From Nitrospirota bacterium (GTDB lineage Bacteria > Nitrospirota > JACRHJ01): a stretch of DNA of 64,000 nt. The first letter of the stretch is position 1. Every line of letters starts with the position of its first letter. Shown here piece after piece: positions 10,229 to 22,565 of this stretch. A program made the translations under genes and the position numbers. The stretch covers positions 1 to 64,000 of the forward strand of contig CAVTDB010000001.1 in the NCBI GenBank assembly GCA_963733375.1, read 5' to 3'. Below the pieces are notes generated by a model. The model had not been told where the DNA came from and did not search any database. It saw only the letters and a program-made list of their open reading frames with translations.

Positions 10229-11796
10229 TTATTTAATGCACGTGAATGTTTAGCATACTCGCACATCTTTTCAACCGTTTTTTCGCCGCGTTTCTTCAGA
10301 TATTCGAGCTTGTTCAGGGCATTGATATAAGCCTTCGCGGATGCGACGATGATGTCCGTGTCGGAGCCCTGGCCCATGACCGTAAAATCACCCTCCCGCA
10401 GGCGCACCACGACCTCGCCCTGCGCGTCCGTCCCGCCGGTGATGGCCTTTACTTCGTAGGCGAGCATGGTGCTTCCGGTTTTGACCACTTCCGCGATAGT
10501 CCTGAGCGCGGCGTCCACCGGCCCGTCGCCAGTGGAGGCGTCTCCACCTCTTTCCCGTCCACTGCCAGCACTATATCCGCCTGCGGCTTCGTATCCGTCC
10601 CGCTCCGCACGAACAGTTTCTTCAACTCGTACGCCTGAGGTATGCGGAATACCTCCTCCGCAATCAGCGCTTCCAGGTCCTCGTCGAATATGTCCTTTTT
10701 CTGGTCCGCGAGCTTCTTGAACCGCTCGAACACCCCGTTCAGTTCGTCCTCGGAAAGCGAATACCCAAGCTGAGTCAGCCTGTCCCGGAACGCGTGCCTG
10801 CCGGAATGTTTTCCCAATACCAGGGTACTCTGCGTCAGGCCCACCGACTCCGGCGTCATTATCTCGTAGGTGGATCTCTCCTTCAGGAACCCGTCCTGGT
10901 GGATGCCCGATTCGTGCGCGAAGGCGTTCGCCCCGACTATGGCCTTGTTCGCCTGCACGGTCATTCCCGTGACGTTCCTGACCAGGCGGGACGCCGCCAT
11001 TATCTCTTCCGTCACGACGTCCGTCCGCGCCCCGAAATAAGCTTCCCGCGTCCGCAGCGCCATCACGACCTCTTCCATCGAGCGTTGCCCGCGCGCTCGC
11101 CGATGCCGTTGATGGTGCATTCCACCTGCCCGGCTCCGTAAAGCACGGCCGCCAGAGAGTTCGAACCGCAAGCCCCAGGTCATTATGGCAATGCACCGAG
11201 ATAACCGCTTTGTCGATATTCGGGACGCGGTCGAACAGGGCCTTTATGCGGTCGCCGTACTCCTGCGGTATCGCATAGCCCACGGTATCGGGAATATTAA
11301 TCGTCGTCGCGCCTGCCGCAATCACCGCCTCCACCACCTTGCAGAGATAATCAATGTCCGAGCGTGTCGCGTCCTCGGCGGAGAATTCCACGTCGTCCGT
11401 ATAATTGCGCGCCCGTTTCACCGCGGCAATCGCCATCTCCAGAACTTGCTCGCGCGTTTTCTTGAGTTTGAATTTCAGATGTATGTCCGAGGTCGCGAGA
11501 AACGTATGTATCCGCCCGCGCCCGGCGGGCTTGATCGCCTCGGCCGCCCGGTCGATATCCTTGTCCGTCGTCCGCGCCAGACCGCATATCACCGGCCCTT
11601 TTACCTCCTGCGCTATACGCCTCACCGCCTCGAAATCGCCTTCGGACGCGATAGGGAACCCGGCCTCGATTATATCCACCTTCATCCGGGCCAACTGCCG
11701 GGCGACCATCAGCTTCTCCTCGATATTCATGGAACAGCCCGGAGACTGCTCGCCGTCGCGCAAGGTAGTATCGAATATTTTTATGATGCGGGACAT
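10186..11796 (-). CDS. leuA: 2-isopropylmalate synthase (frameshifts)
   Basis: [51 protein letters not shown] regulatory domain. Confidence 0.95.
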   Translation of the reverse strand: MSRIIKIFDTTLRDGEQSPGCSMNIEEKLMVARQLARMKVDIIEAGFPIASEGDFEAVRRIAQEVKGPVICGLARTTDKDIDRAAEAIKPAGRGRIHTFLATSDIHLKFKLKKTREQVLEMAIAAVKRARNYTDDVEFSAEDATRSDIDYLCKVVEAVIAAGATTINIPDTVGYAIPQEYGDRIKALFDRVPNIDKAVISVHCHNDLGLAVRTLWRPCFTEPGRWNAPSTASASARATLDGRGRDGAADAGSLFRGADGRRDGRDNGGVPPGQERHGNDRAGEQGHSRGERLRARIGHPPGRVPEGEIHLRDNDAGVGGPDAEYPGIGKTFRQARVPGQADSAWVFAFRGRTERGVRAVQEARGPEKGHIRRGPGSADCGGGIPHTSGVRVEETVRAERDGYEAAGGYSAGSGRERGGDASTGDGPVDAALRTIAEVVKTGSTMLAYEVKAITGGTDAQGEVVVRLREGDFTVMGQGSDTDIIVASAKAYINALNKLEYLKKRGEKTVEKMCEYAKHSRALNNFPTFLVKRRPKNF

Positions 11797-11818
11797 TAAA
11801 TGCCTCCTTATTTCAACA

Positions 11819-11902
11819 GTCACTCTCTTTAAAAAGAAAGTGACGAAAGATTTGACCGTTACTTTCTTTTGGAAAAAAGAAAGTAACACAAAGAAAACCG
11901 TA
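11819..11902. repeat. Palindromic intergenic repeat, locus 5 (two tandem units)
   Basis: GTCACTCTCTTT..AAAGAAAGTGAC and GTTACTTTCTTTT..AAAGAAAGTAACACAAAGAAAA. Confidence 0.7.
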
Positions 11903-11918
11903 TTCAGAAAACATCCTT

Positions 11919-11961
11919 CCTTAACCCCTCTACCTTAGGGAGAGGGGCAGGGGGTGAGGGC
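11919..11961. repeat. REP-like CCCTC..GGGAGAGGG element
   Basis: CCCCTCTACCTTAGGGAGAGGGGCAGGGGGTGAGGG; near-identical copy at 20521. Confidence 0.65.
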
Positions 11962-12034
11962 AACCAAGCGCGCAGGCCGACAGGGATCGCCTGAAGGCCA
12001 TGAACCTCGCTTTTTTTACAGAAACGTCCATAAT

Positions 12035-12268
12035 TAAAAAAGCCCCCGTCCATTACTTGATAAAGTAAGGGACGAGGGCTGATAAATTTTCCCCCGCGGT
12101 ACCACCCTAATTCGGCGAATAGAGCTAATTGCCGCCGCACTTGATTTGTCTTTTACGCAGACTCACGGAGAATTAATGAGGCGAGTTCAGCGGAAGTCGG
12201 CACCGGTTCGCACCACCCACCGGCTCTCTTTGGCCGCCCTTGCCGCCTACTACTCCTCTTCTCAGCCT
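12035..12268 (-). ncRNA. T-box riboswitch, Leu specifier (CUC), upstream of leuA
   Basis: Minus strand: stem I with AGUA, AGAGA and GGUGCGAA motifs; specifier GAA-CTC at 12183-12185; T-box AATTAGGGTGGTACCGCG (12095-12112); CTCGTCCC antiterminator; terminator AGCCCTCGTCC..GGACGGGGGCT-TTTTT. Confidence 0.92.
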
Positions 12269-12992
12269 TTACGCTTGTGGCCTCATCTTAACGCGTCTTT
12301 TTCGAAATGTCAATACCCACTCCGCCAGAGCCCAGGCGACGTATCCCATGCTCAGGATAAAAAGCACCACCGGCGGGTTCGCAGCCACAGCCACTAAAAT
12401 GACCACCGCCACCAGGAGCATCCAGAAAGGACGCCTGTCCCGGACGTTCAGTTCCTTTAGGCTATGGAACGGGACGGTGCTTATCATAAGTAATGCGACC
12501 AAATAAATCATCAGGAGGACGAGGAAGTTCTGCGGCGGCTATTGTGGAAACAATGTCCGTCCAGAATATTACGAATGTCGCCAGGACCGCCGCGCCTCCG
12601 GGTATCGGAAGGCCCGTGAACCATTTCTTTTCCGAACCCACCATCTGCACGTTAAACCGCGCAAGCCGAAGCGCCCCGCATACGACAAAAGTGAACGCGC
12701 CGACCCAGCCCCAGCGATGGAAAGGCATCAGGGCCCAGATATAGAACATCACGGCGGGCGCGACGCCGAACGAGACTAAATCCGAGAGCGAGTCCAGCTC
12801 GACTCCGAACCGGCTGGTGGTCTTGGTCATCCTCGCCACCCAGCCGTCCAGCGCGTCGAAAATCGTGGCGGTAAGTATGGCCCACGCGGCCATGTCGAAG
12901 TCCCCTTTTATGGAGGACACGATGGAGAAAAAACCGAAGAACATCCCCCCGACCGTCAGGAGGTTCGGGAGTATGTAGATCCCTTTTCTCAA
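12269..12992 (-). CDS. pssA: CDP-diacylglycerol--serine O-phosphatidyltransferase (one frameshift)
   Basis: ILPNLLT, DALDGWVAR..SRFGVELDSLSDLVSFGVAP, LRLARFN. Confidence 0.92.
12285..12313 (-). promoter_or_regulatory. Sigma70 promoter for the T-box/leu transcript, embedded in the pssA 3' end
   Basis: TTGACA (12313-12308), 17 bp spacer, TAAGAT (12290-12285), just upstream of T-box stem I. Confidence 0.75.
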
Positions 12993-13639
12993 TTCAGCAC
13001 CCCGACAATGGTTTCGCCCGCCTTCGTCTTGTCGCCTGATTTCAGCTTCACTTCGCTCCCCACCGGCAGATATATGTCCAACCTGGAGCCGAACATGATA
13101 AGGCCGAACCTCTCCCCTCGCTTCAAGCGGTCGCCGGGCTTTACCCAGCAGACGATGCGGCGCGCGACTAGGCCGGCAATCTGCACGAACATGATTTTCC
13201 GGCCCTTGTCCGTCTCCATCACGAGCGCGTTCTGTTCGTTATCCAGCGAGGCTTTTTCCTTATTCGCGGAGATGAACTTGCCTTTATTATAATGTATTTC
13301 CGTAATCCTGCCGCTCTCCGGCATCCGGTTGACGTGGACATTGAAGACGTTCATGAAGATGGACACCTTCATCGCGCGGCCCTTCAGTATCCTTGGCTCG
13401 TCCACCTCGCCCACGAAAATCACCACCCCGTCCGCCGGAGAGACCACGAGGTTCTCTCCCGCCGGAGGATGCCGTTCAGGGTTGCGGAAAAAAGAAAGGG
13501 CAAAAACGGTCAAGGCCGTCATTATTACGGCGGCCTTGTACCATCCAGCTATCCAGAGGGCCACGGTAATCGCCGCAAATACGCCGATTACCGGCAGGCC
13601 CTCCAATGCTATTATGCTACTGTCCCAATGTATTCTCAA
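12989..13639 (-). CDS. psd: Phosphatidylserine decarboxylase (start approximate)
   Basis: FFRNPER, SPADG, FMNVFNVHVNR, QIAGLVARRI, FGSR cleavage motif. Confidence 0.92.
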   Translation of the reverse strand: MRIHWDSSIIALEGLPVIGVFAAITVALWIAGWYKAAVIMTALTVFALSFFRNPERHPPAGENLVVSPADGVVIFVGEVDEPRILKGRAMKVSIFMNVFNVHVNRMPESGRITEIHYNKGKFISANKEKASLDNEQNALVMETDKGRKIMFVQIAGLVARRIVCWVKPGDRLKRGERFGLIMFGSRLDIYLPVGSEVKLKSGDKTKAGETIVGVLN

Positions 13640-13749
13640 AACCGTTACTTTCTTTTCACGGTGGAAAAGAAAGTAACACAAGCTCCCCGCGCTAACCTCG
13701 GAAATACCTCGGTACGTGGACTTTCTTTCCGAAAGAAAAGTAACAGGTT
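13639..13749. repeat. Paired palindromic intergenic repeat, locus 6
   Basis: AACCGTTACTTTCTTTTC..GAAAAGAAAGTAAC plus inverted unit ending AAAGAAAAGTAACAGGTT. Confidence 0.7.
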
Positions 13750-15287
<1,538 letters not shown>

Positions 15288-15288
15288 C

Positions 15289-17064
15289 TCACTTCCCCCT
15301 CTTCACGCGTACGCACTTGCATTTGAGTTCCTGCTTCACGGTGCTGCATATCAGCGTCTCGCCGGGCGGGCAGTTACGGGGCCGGAACATCATCTCGTTA
15401 ATCGCCGCCCCGGCAGGCACCATCGGGAAGACCTTCTCCGACTGGTCGCATACGAAGTCCATGAACGTCGGCCTCTTTACCTTTATCGCCTCGCGTATCA
15501 CGCCTTCCACGTCCGAAGGCTTCTGAGCCCTAAGTCCCACCGCGCCGTAAGCCTCCGCCACCTTCACGAAATCAGGCGTCCCGGTGAGGCATGTGGACGA
15601 GTAGCGTTTATTAAAGAACAGCTCCTGCCACTGCCGGACCATGCCGAGGAAGCAGTTATTCAGTATAGCCACCTTCACCGGCAGGTTATGGAGCACGGCC
15701 GTTGACAGCTCCTGGATGTTCATCTGTATGGAGCCGTCGCCCGCGATGTCGAATACAAGCTTGTTCGGGAAGGCGAACTGTGCGCCGATGGCCGCCGGGA
15801 AACCGTATCCCATCGTGCCCAGGCCCCCGGAGGATATCCAGGTGCGAGGCTTCTTGTACTTGAAGAACTGCGCCGCCCACATCTGGTTCTGGCCCACTTC
15901 CGTCGTGATGATGGCGTCGCCCTTGGTTATCTCGTAAATTTTTTCCACCACGAACTGCGGCTTTATCACGTCCGACTGGTCGTAGTCCATCGGATGCTCG
16001 GCCTTCCAGTCCTCTATCCTGTCCAGCCAGACCTTCCGGTGCGGATTGACCTGCCCGGCCGCGTCGTGGATTGTCTTGTTCAAATCTTTAAGCACGTTCT
16101 TCACGTCGCCCACGATAGGCACGTCCACCCGCACGTTCTTGCGTATGGACGTCGGGTCGATGTCTATATGTATTATCTTCGCGTTTGGCGCGAAATCCTC
16201 CACCCGTCCGGTCACCCGGTCATCGAAACGCATCCCGATGGCGATGAGCAGGTCTGACTCGTGCACGGCCATATTGGCGAAATACGTCCCGTGCATCCCC
16301 AGCATGCCGAGTGAGAGCTTATGGTCGCCGGGGAACCCGCCAAGGCCCATCATGGTCATCGTAACGGGGAGCTTCGCCGTCTCGGCCAGGTCCTTAAGCT
16401 CCGCCGCCGCCCCGGAGCTTATCACCCCGCCGCCGGCGATTATCACGGGCTTCCTGGATTTGGCTATCGCCTCCGCCGCCTGCTTCACCTGCCAGAGGTT
16501 CCCTTTAAAGGTCGGGCGGTAGCTCCGGAGCTCCACCTTGTCCGGGTATTTAAAATCCGCCTTGCCGGTGGATACGTCTCTCGGAATGTCGATCAGGACC
16601 GGGCCGGGCCGGCCGGTGGTGGCGATATAGAAAGCCTCCTTTATCGTCCGGGCGAGGTCGTTTACGTCCTTGACCAGAAAGTTGTATTTCGTGCACGGCC
16701 TGGTGATGCCGACGATATCCGCTTCCTGGAAGGCGTCGTTCCCGATCAGCATGGTAGGCACCTGCCCGGTGATCACCACCATCGGGATGGAGTCCATGTA
16801 TGCCGTCGCTATGCCGGTGACGATATTGGTCGCGCCGGGGCCGGAAGTTACCAGGCATACGCCGGCCTTGCCGCTCGCCCTGGCGTATCCGTCCGCCGCG
16901 TGCGCCGCGCCCTGCTCGTGCCGCGTCAGGATGAGCTGGATGTCCTTTTCGTCATACAGCACATCGAAGATATGCAGGACTACCCCTCCCGGATAGCCGA
17001 ATATATATTTAACGCCTTCTTTCTTCAGGGACTCTATCAGTATTTGCGCGCCTGAAAGTTTCAA
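15289..17064 (-). CDS. ilvB: Acetolactate synthase large subunit, with a Cys-rich C-terminal tail
   Basis: [37 protein letters not shown]. Confidence 0.96.
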   Translation of the reverse strand: MKLSGAQILIESLKKEGVKYIFGYPGGVVLHIFDVLYDEKDIQLILTRHEQGAAHAADGYARASGKAGVCLVTSGPGATNIVTGIATAYMDSIPMVVITGQVPTMLIGNDAFQEADIVGITRPCTKYNFLVKDVNDLARTIKEAFYIATTGRPGPVLIDIPRDVSTGKADFKYPDKVELRSYRPTFKGNLWQVKQAAEAIAKSRKPVIIAGGGVISSGAAAELKDLAETAKLPVTMTMMGLGGFPGDHKLSLGMLGMHGTYFANMAVHESDLLIAIGMRFDDRVTGRVEDFAPNAKIIHIDIDPTSIRKNVRVDVPIVGDVKNVLKDLNKTIHDAAGQVNPHRKVWLDRIEDWKAEHPMDYDQSDVIKPQFVVEKIYEITKGDAIITTEVGQNQMWAAQFFKYKKPRTWISSGGLGTMGYGFPAAIGAQFAFPNKLVFDIAGDGSIQMNIQELSTAVLHNLPVKVAILNNCFLGMVRQWQELFFNKRYSSTCLTGTPDFVKVAEAYGAVGLRAQKPSDVEGVIREAIKVKRPTFMDFVCDQSEKVFPMVPAGAAINEMMFRPRNCPPGETLICSTVKQELKCKCVRVKRGK

Positions 17065-17109
17065 ATCAAAACCTCCGTCGAAATCAACTGCAAATCAACC
17101 GCGAGACCT

Positions 17110-17208
17110 GCCACCTTTTTGTAAAAAGGTGGCGCCAAAAACTTTTAAACTGATAAACTGCAAGGCTTTCTTTTGGGTACTTTCAATCACCTGAAAGAAA
17201 AGGACGTT
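17110..17208. repeat. Palindromic intergenic repeat, locus 7, plus CCACCTTTTT..AAAAAGGTGG palindrome
   Basis: GCCACCTTTTTGTAAAAAGGTGGC followed by TTTCTTTTGGGTACTTTC..GAAAGAAAAG. Confidence 0.65.
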
Positions 17209-18862
17209 TTATTTCATTACCGCGCCGGTATTGGCCGAGGTGACGTTGCGGGAATACCTGGCCAGCCACCCGGTTTTTATTTTAGGCTCCGGCTTCTTCC
17301 ACGCCTTCCTGCGCTTCGCAAGCTCCGCCTTCGTCACTTTTAACTCTATCTTCCTGGCCGGGATGTCTATGGCTATCTCGTCCCCGTCTTTTACAAACGC
17401 TATCGGCCCGCCCTCCATCGCTTCCGGACTCACGTGCCCGATGCAGGGGCCCTGGGTCCCGCCGGAGAAGCGGCCGTCCGTAATCAGGGCTACCGAATCA
17501 GCTAACCCCATGCCGACTATGGCCGCGGTCGGAGAGAGCATCTCGCGCATGCCGGGGCCGCCTTTGGGGCCTTCGTACCGGATTATGACCACATCGCCAG
17601 ACTTTATCTTCCCGCCAAGAATTGCGGCCATCGCATCCTCTTCCGCATTGAAGCACTTCGCCCGGCCTTTGAACTTCATCATCTTTTCAGAGACGGCCGT
17701 CTGCTTTATGACGGAGCCCAGGGGCGCGAGGTTCCCGGTCAAGGACCGCTATCCCGCCTTCTTTATGATAGGCGCGCTCGACCGTCCTGATTATCTCGTC
17801 GCTTTCCGGCTTCGCGCTCCTTGCTATCTCTTTTACCTTGAATCCGGATACGGTAATCCCGTCCTTCAGGCGCGAGATAAGCCTTGACATCACAGCCGGG
17901 ATGCCGCCCGCCGCGTCTAAATCTTCCATATAATATTTGCCGGATGGCAGAAGGTCCGTGATGTGCGGCGTCTTTTTGCTTATCTCGTCTATCGCCGATA
18001 ACGTTATGTCTATACCGGCCTCATGCGCTATGGCGGGTATATGCAGACAGGTATTCGTAGACCCGCCAAGCGCCATGTCCACGGCTATGGCGTTCTCGAA
18101 CGCCGCCCTTGTCAGAATCTTGTCAGGCGTGATGTCTTTCTTTACCAGCTCGACGATCCGCTCGCCCGATTCATAGGCTATCCTGCGCTTTTTGCTGGAT
18201 ACCGCGAGCGCCGTGGCGCAGCCCGGAAGCGACATCCCTATCGCCTCGGTGACGCATGCCATCGTATTCGCGGTGTAGAGCCCCTGGCAAGCGCCGGGGC
18301 CGGGGCAGGCGCATTCCTCCAGCGCGCAGAGCTCGGCCTCGTTTATCTCGCCCTTGCGGAAGCGGCCGACCGCCTCGAACGTGCCGGATACCAGGTTCTG
18401 CCTCTCCATCCCGAGCCTGCCGGAGATCATCGGCCCGGCCGTCACCACTATCGACGGAATGTTCAGTCTCGCCGCGGCCATAAGCATTCCGGGCGTAATC
18501 TTGTCGCAGTTCGTAAGGAGCACCAGTCCGTCAAGGGCATGGGCCAGGGTTATGGATTCCACCATATCGGCGATAAGCTCGCGGGAAGGCAGGGAGTAGT
18601 GCATCCCGCCGTGTCCCATGGCTATGCCGTCGCAGATGCCGGGTATGCCGAAGATGAAGGAGTATCCGCCGCCGGAATGTACGCCTTTTTCTATGTAGCG
18701 CTCCAGGTCCCTCATGCCTATATGGCCGGGGATAAGGTCCGTAAAACTGCTCGCGATTCCGATAAGCGGCTTTTCCAGACCCTTCCTGGTTATCCCTGTG
18801 GCGAAAAGGAGAGCGCGGTTTGGAGCTCTCTCCACTCCTTTTTTTATCCTGTCGCTCCTCAT
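17209..18862 (-). CDS. ilvD: Dihydroxy-acid dehydratase (one frameshift)
   Basis: [42 protein letters not shown]. Confidence 0.96.
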
Positions 18863-18934
18863 TTGATACCTTTCTATTTGAAAAAAATCGGGAATTTACT
18901 TTTTACCATACTTAAAAGACTTAAGTCAACGAAT

Positions 18935-18974
18935 AAAAAAAGAAGGGAAGAGCCCTATCGGGTTCTTCCCTTCC
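18935..18974 (-). terminator. Intrinsic terminator after the DUF465 gene
   Basis: Minus strand AAGGGAAGAACCC-GATA-GGGCTCTTCCCTT-CTTTTTTT. Confidence 0.7.
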
Positions 18975-18999
18975 TTCCGGTTCGTGCCGGGCCTATTTT

Positions 19000-19227
19000 T
19001 TATACGGCTGCCTTAAGGTCGTGCAATATCTCGAACATCCTGTCTTTTTTGGCTAATTTCTGCTTTTGGAGGGTTTTCTTTTTGACTTCTTCGACTGGGG
19101 TGAGGTGTTTCACGTTTCCAAAATTCTGCTGAATCTGCTCGTCAAGCTCCCTGTGCTCTCTTTCCAGGCGGCGGTACTCTTCGTTCTCCCGCCTGGCATA
19201 ACCAATCAATTCTTCGCTGTCCTCCAT
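19000..19227 (-). CDS. DUF465/YdcH-family small coiled-coil protein
   Basis: EYRRLEREHRELDEQI...LQKQKLAKKDRM pattern; GAGG RBS. Confidence 0.8.
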   Translation of the reverse strand: MEDSEELIGYARRENEEYRRLEREHRELDEQIQQNFGNVKHLTPVEEVKKKTLQKQKLAKKDRMFEILHDLKAAV

Positions 19228-19315
19228 CTTTCCTCCTCAATGTTGTCCTTGAAGGTTAGAGGCTCTTTCACTGCCTATATTATAGTTGGAAATGTAACAT
19301 ATCTGTAACCAAAGT

Positions 19316-19786
19316 TCAAGGCCTTTTTTCCAGGGCGGACCGGATATCGTAAAGCCACATGATAACGGCGTTATCCTTTGGCGATTCATAGTAATTCTTC
19401 CTTAGGCCCGCCTCCCGGAATCCCATTGATTTATAAAGGCCTATAGCCGCCTCGTTCTTTTCCCGGACCTCCAGCGTAGCCGCCCGCGCGCCCCTTTCAT
19501 AGCAGAACTGAAGACCCTCCCGCACCAGTTTTGAGGCTACCTTCAGCCTTCTGTACCGCGTCCGGACCCCAAGGTTCAGGATGTGCATCTCGTCGATAAG
19601 CATCCAGAAGCATATGAAACCGGCCAGGAGGCCGGACGGCTCGCGCGCAAGGAGTATAAAAGAATAATCCCTGTTCAGTTCGTCAAGAAACAGTTCCTCG
19701 GTCCAGGGCCAGGAGAATATTTCCCGCTCCAGTTCCATGACCTCCGTGAGGTCGTCCGGCCCCATCTCGGTTATCGTTATCTCCAT
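19316..19786 (-). CDS. rimI: Ribosomal-protein S18 alanine N-acetyltransferase
   Basis: EMHILNLGV, TLEVREKNEAAIGLY..GF..G.RKNYY. Confidence 0.9.
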   Translation of the reverse strand: MEITITEMGPDDLTEVMELEREIFSWPWTEELFLDELNRDYSFILLAREPSGLLAGFICFWMLIDEMHILNLGVRTRYRRLKVASKLVREGLQFCYERGARAATLEVREKNEAAIGLYKSMGFREAGLRKNYYESPKDNAVIMWLYDIRSALEKRP

Positions 19787-19861
19787 GCGATATACCTACC
19801 AGAAAACGCGGGAATGTTCAAGGGCCTTGAAAAGGAGAACGAAATCTGGCATTCTAAATTC

Positions 19862-20420
19862 ATGGACATTATCAAATTTCATATTGAACAAGGACGACTC
19901 CCTCCTCCTCATCGTGGATATCCAGGAACGTCTGGCGTCCGTAATGAAGTACCGCGAGCAGGTGGCAAGGAACGTAAACCTGCTTGTCGAGCTGGCGAAG
20001 ATGCTGGATATCCCGGTGGTGGTATCGGAGCAGTACCCGAAAGGCCTGGGGCACACGGTTGCCGAAATAAAAGAGACGCTTCCCGTTTACGCGCCGGTGG
20101 AGAAAATATCCTTCGACTGCTGCGGCGACAAGGGCTTTGTTTCCGAGATTAAAAAACACGGGAGAAAGAAAATAATCGTCACCGGCATGGAGAGCCACAT
20201 CTGCGTACTCCAGACCGTCCTGGGCCTGCTTGGTTCCGGTTATATTCCCCACGTCGTATCGGATGCCGTATGCTCGCGTACGAAAGAGAACTGGAAGGCC
20301 GGTATAGAGATGATGCGCGACGCCGGAGCGGTAATCACTTGCACGGAGGCGGCGCTCTTTCAGCTATTGAAAGAGGCGGGGACGGAGGAATTCAAGGCGA
20401 TTTCCAAATTAATTAAATAG
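19862..20420 (+). CDS. Isochorismatase-family hydrolase (start approximate)
   Basis: LIVDIQERL, SEQYPKGLGHT, GMESHICVLQT, DAVCSR. Confidence 0.9.
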
Positions 20421-20442
20421 AACCGAAATATGACTAAAATTA

Positions 20443-20565
20443 TCCGGCGTCCCCGAATGATTTAGTCGGGACCCAGGGTTTAAAATTCCTGGATTCCCGC
20501 CTCGCGGGAATGACGGCCTTCCCTAACCCCTCGCCCTTCACGGGAGAGGGGCAGGGGGTGAGGGT
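20443..20565. repeat. Cluster of REP-like palindromes between convergent genes
   Basis: CTGGATTCCCGCCTCGCGGGAATGAC (ATTCCC-N-GGGAAT type) and CCCCTCGCCCTTCACGGGAGAGGGGCAGGGGGTGAGGG. Confidence 0.65.
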
Positions 20566-21239
20566 GTCTTCTCTTCCGCGTCCGACTTCCGTATATATAA
20601 CGGAGTGAGCGACATCGGGTCCGCGACATTCCCCGCGTTGATCTCCTTCAGTCCCCTGAAGGCCACCGTCGCGCCCGAAGGGTATCCGTATGCCTTCGGG
20701 GCGAACAGCGCCTGACAGCATAACTGCCCCGCCAGAAGCTCCCGGTAGACGTACGCACCCTCGCCAAGGAAAACCGTCGGCTCCTCTATCGCGTCCACCA
20801 GTTCGTCCGGAGTAATCACGGACGGCGGCAGGACGACCCTTCTCACCGTATCCGTTATCTTGTAAATTGCGCAGTACACCATTTTCTTCCGGGCGTCCAG
20901 CACCGGCGCGACCTGATGGCGGCAATACGGCAGGTTATCCGCCAGCGCCTCCAGGCTGTTCACCGCCGCGACAGGTTTCCCCGAAGCGTACGCCATCGCC
21001 TTAACCGCCGCAATCCCGATGCGAAGGCCCGTGAACGAACCGGGGCCAACGCTCACTGCGAAGCCGTCGATGTCATCAAGCGTCAGGCGCGCGGATTTCA
21101 GGAGCGTGTCGATGTGCTCCATCAGCCGCTCCGAATAGGTCAGCGAGACGTTCGTCCGCATCTCCGCGACGAGCAGCTCATCGTCCACTATCCCCACCGC
21201 GCCCATCATGGTGGAGGTGTCTATGCCTAAAATTTTCAT
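20538..21239 (-). CDS. tsaB: tRNA threonylcarbamoyladenosine biosynthesis protein TsaB
   Basis: ILGIDTST, GPGSFTGLRIG, LDARK, PLYIR. Confidence 0.93.
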   Translation of the reverse strand: MKILGIDTSTMMGAVGIVDDELLVAEMRTNVSLTYSERLMEHIDTLLKSARLTLDDIDGFAVSVGPGSFTGLRIGIAAVKAMAYASGKPVAAVNSLEALADNLPYCRHQVAPVLDARKKMVYCAIYKITDTVRRVVLPPSVITPDELVDAIEEPTVFLGEGAYVYRELLAGQLCCQALFAPKAYGYPSGATVAFRGLKEINAGNVADPMSLTPLYIRKSDAEEKTPSPPAPLP

Positions 21240-21325
21240 ATACGTTGATGGTATAGGAAGCAGGAACCATTTTCAAGCACAAAGGCACAAAGGGCGACGA
21301 AGTGGTCGTACAGGTACTTTAGAAT

Positions 21326-22565
21326 TTATACCCGCCCGATAACCAGCGCCGCGTTCATCCCGCCGAAGCCGAAGGCGTTGGAGAGGACGTAATCCACTTT
21401 TGCCTTGCGTCCGGTATTCGGGATGTAGTCCAGGTCGCAGTCCGGGTCCGGGTCGGTTAAGTTCAGGGTCGGCGGGAGGTATTCGTTCTTTATGGCGAGT
21501 GCGCAGATGGCGGCCTCTATCGCGCCGGTTGCGCCCAGTGGATGTGCGTGGAAGGGCTTTGTCCCGCTGATGGGGACTTTATATGCGTGTTCGCCAAGGG
21601 CTCTCTTTATGGCGGTCGTTTCGTTTTTGTCGTTCATCTGCGTAGAGCTTCCGTGGGCGTTGACATAGCCTATCTGCTCCGGTTTAATACCCGCCTGACC
21701 GAGCGCAATTGTCACCGCACGCGCCGCGCATTCGCCGTCGTCACGCGATGAGGTCATGTGGTAGGCGTCGTTCGTGAGGCCGTAGCCAAGGACCTCGGCG
21801 TATATCCTCGCGCCGCGCTCCCTCGCATGACCCATCTCCTCCAGAATCAGCGCCGCGCTCCCCTCGCCCATTATAAACCCGTCTCGTCCGCCGTCGAACG
21901 GACGGCACGCGCCTTCCGGGTCGTCGTTCCTTGTTGTCATTGCCTTGATTAACGTGAACGAGCCGAATGTAAGCGGAGACAGAGGCGCCTCCGCCCCGCC
22001 CGCGATAAGCACGTCCGCACGGCCCGCGCGGATCATCTCGAACGCCTCGCCCACGGCCATCGTCCCCGATGAGCAGGAGTTTGAATTAGTGATGTTCGGG
22101 CCGGTCAACCCAAGCTCGATAGCTATATGGCAGGAGGACGACGCGCCAAAGACAAGTGTGGCAAGGGCAGGATTTACGCCCTTCAGGCCCTTCTCCCGGT
22201 ACACGTCGTGCTGGCTCTCCGCGAATGCGAGGCCGCCCAGGGCAGAGCCTATTACGATACCTGTTTCGGGATTGCGGGAGACGTCGAGATTAGCGTCTTC
22301 GATTGCCATCCGGGCCGATGCGACGGCGAACGCGGCAAAGCGGTCGATTCTTTTCAAGACCTTTCCGCTTACGAAATCGGAAGGCGCTGAAAGATTTTAT
22401 CTCGCCCGCGACTTTCGTCCTGAAGAGGGAAGCGTCGAAAGAGGTTATCCCGCTTATCCCGGAGCGGCCCTGAAGGATACCGTCCCAAAGCCCGGAAACG
22501 CCGAACCCGATTGGCGTCAACGCGCCGATGCCGGTAATTGCGACCCTTATCCTGCCGTCAGCCAA
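21326..22565 (-). CDS. FabF-like / type II PKS-like beta-ketoacyl synthase (one frameshift)
   Basis: RVAITGIGALTPIG, catalytic NSCSSG (Cys), NAHGSST and FHAHPLGA (His, His), SNAFGFGG. Confidence 0.9.

Noticed and set aside
11904-12140. 78 aa ORF as a leucine attenuator leader peptide
   Set aside because: No Leu codon run; it overlaps the T-box antiterminator and terminator, which fully explain the region.
18023-19132. 369 aa plus-strand ORF
   Set aside because: Antisense shadow of ilvD in GC-rich DNA; no motifs.
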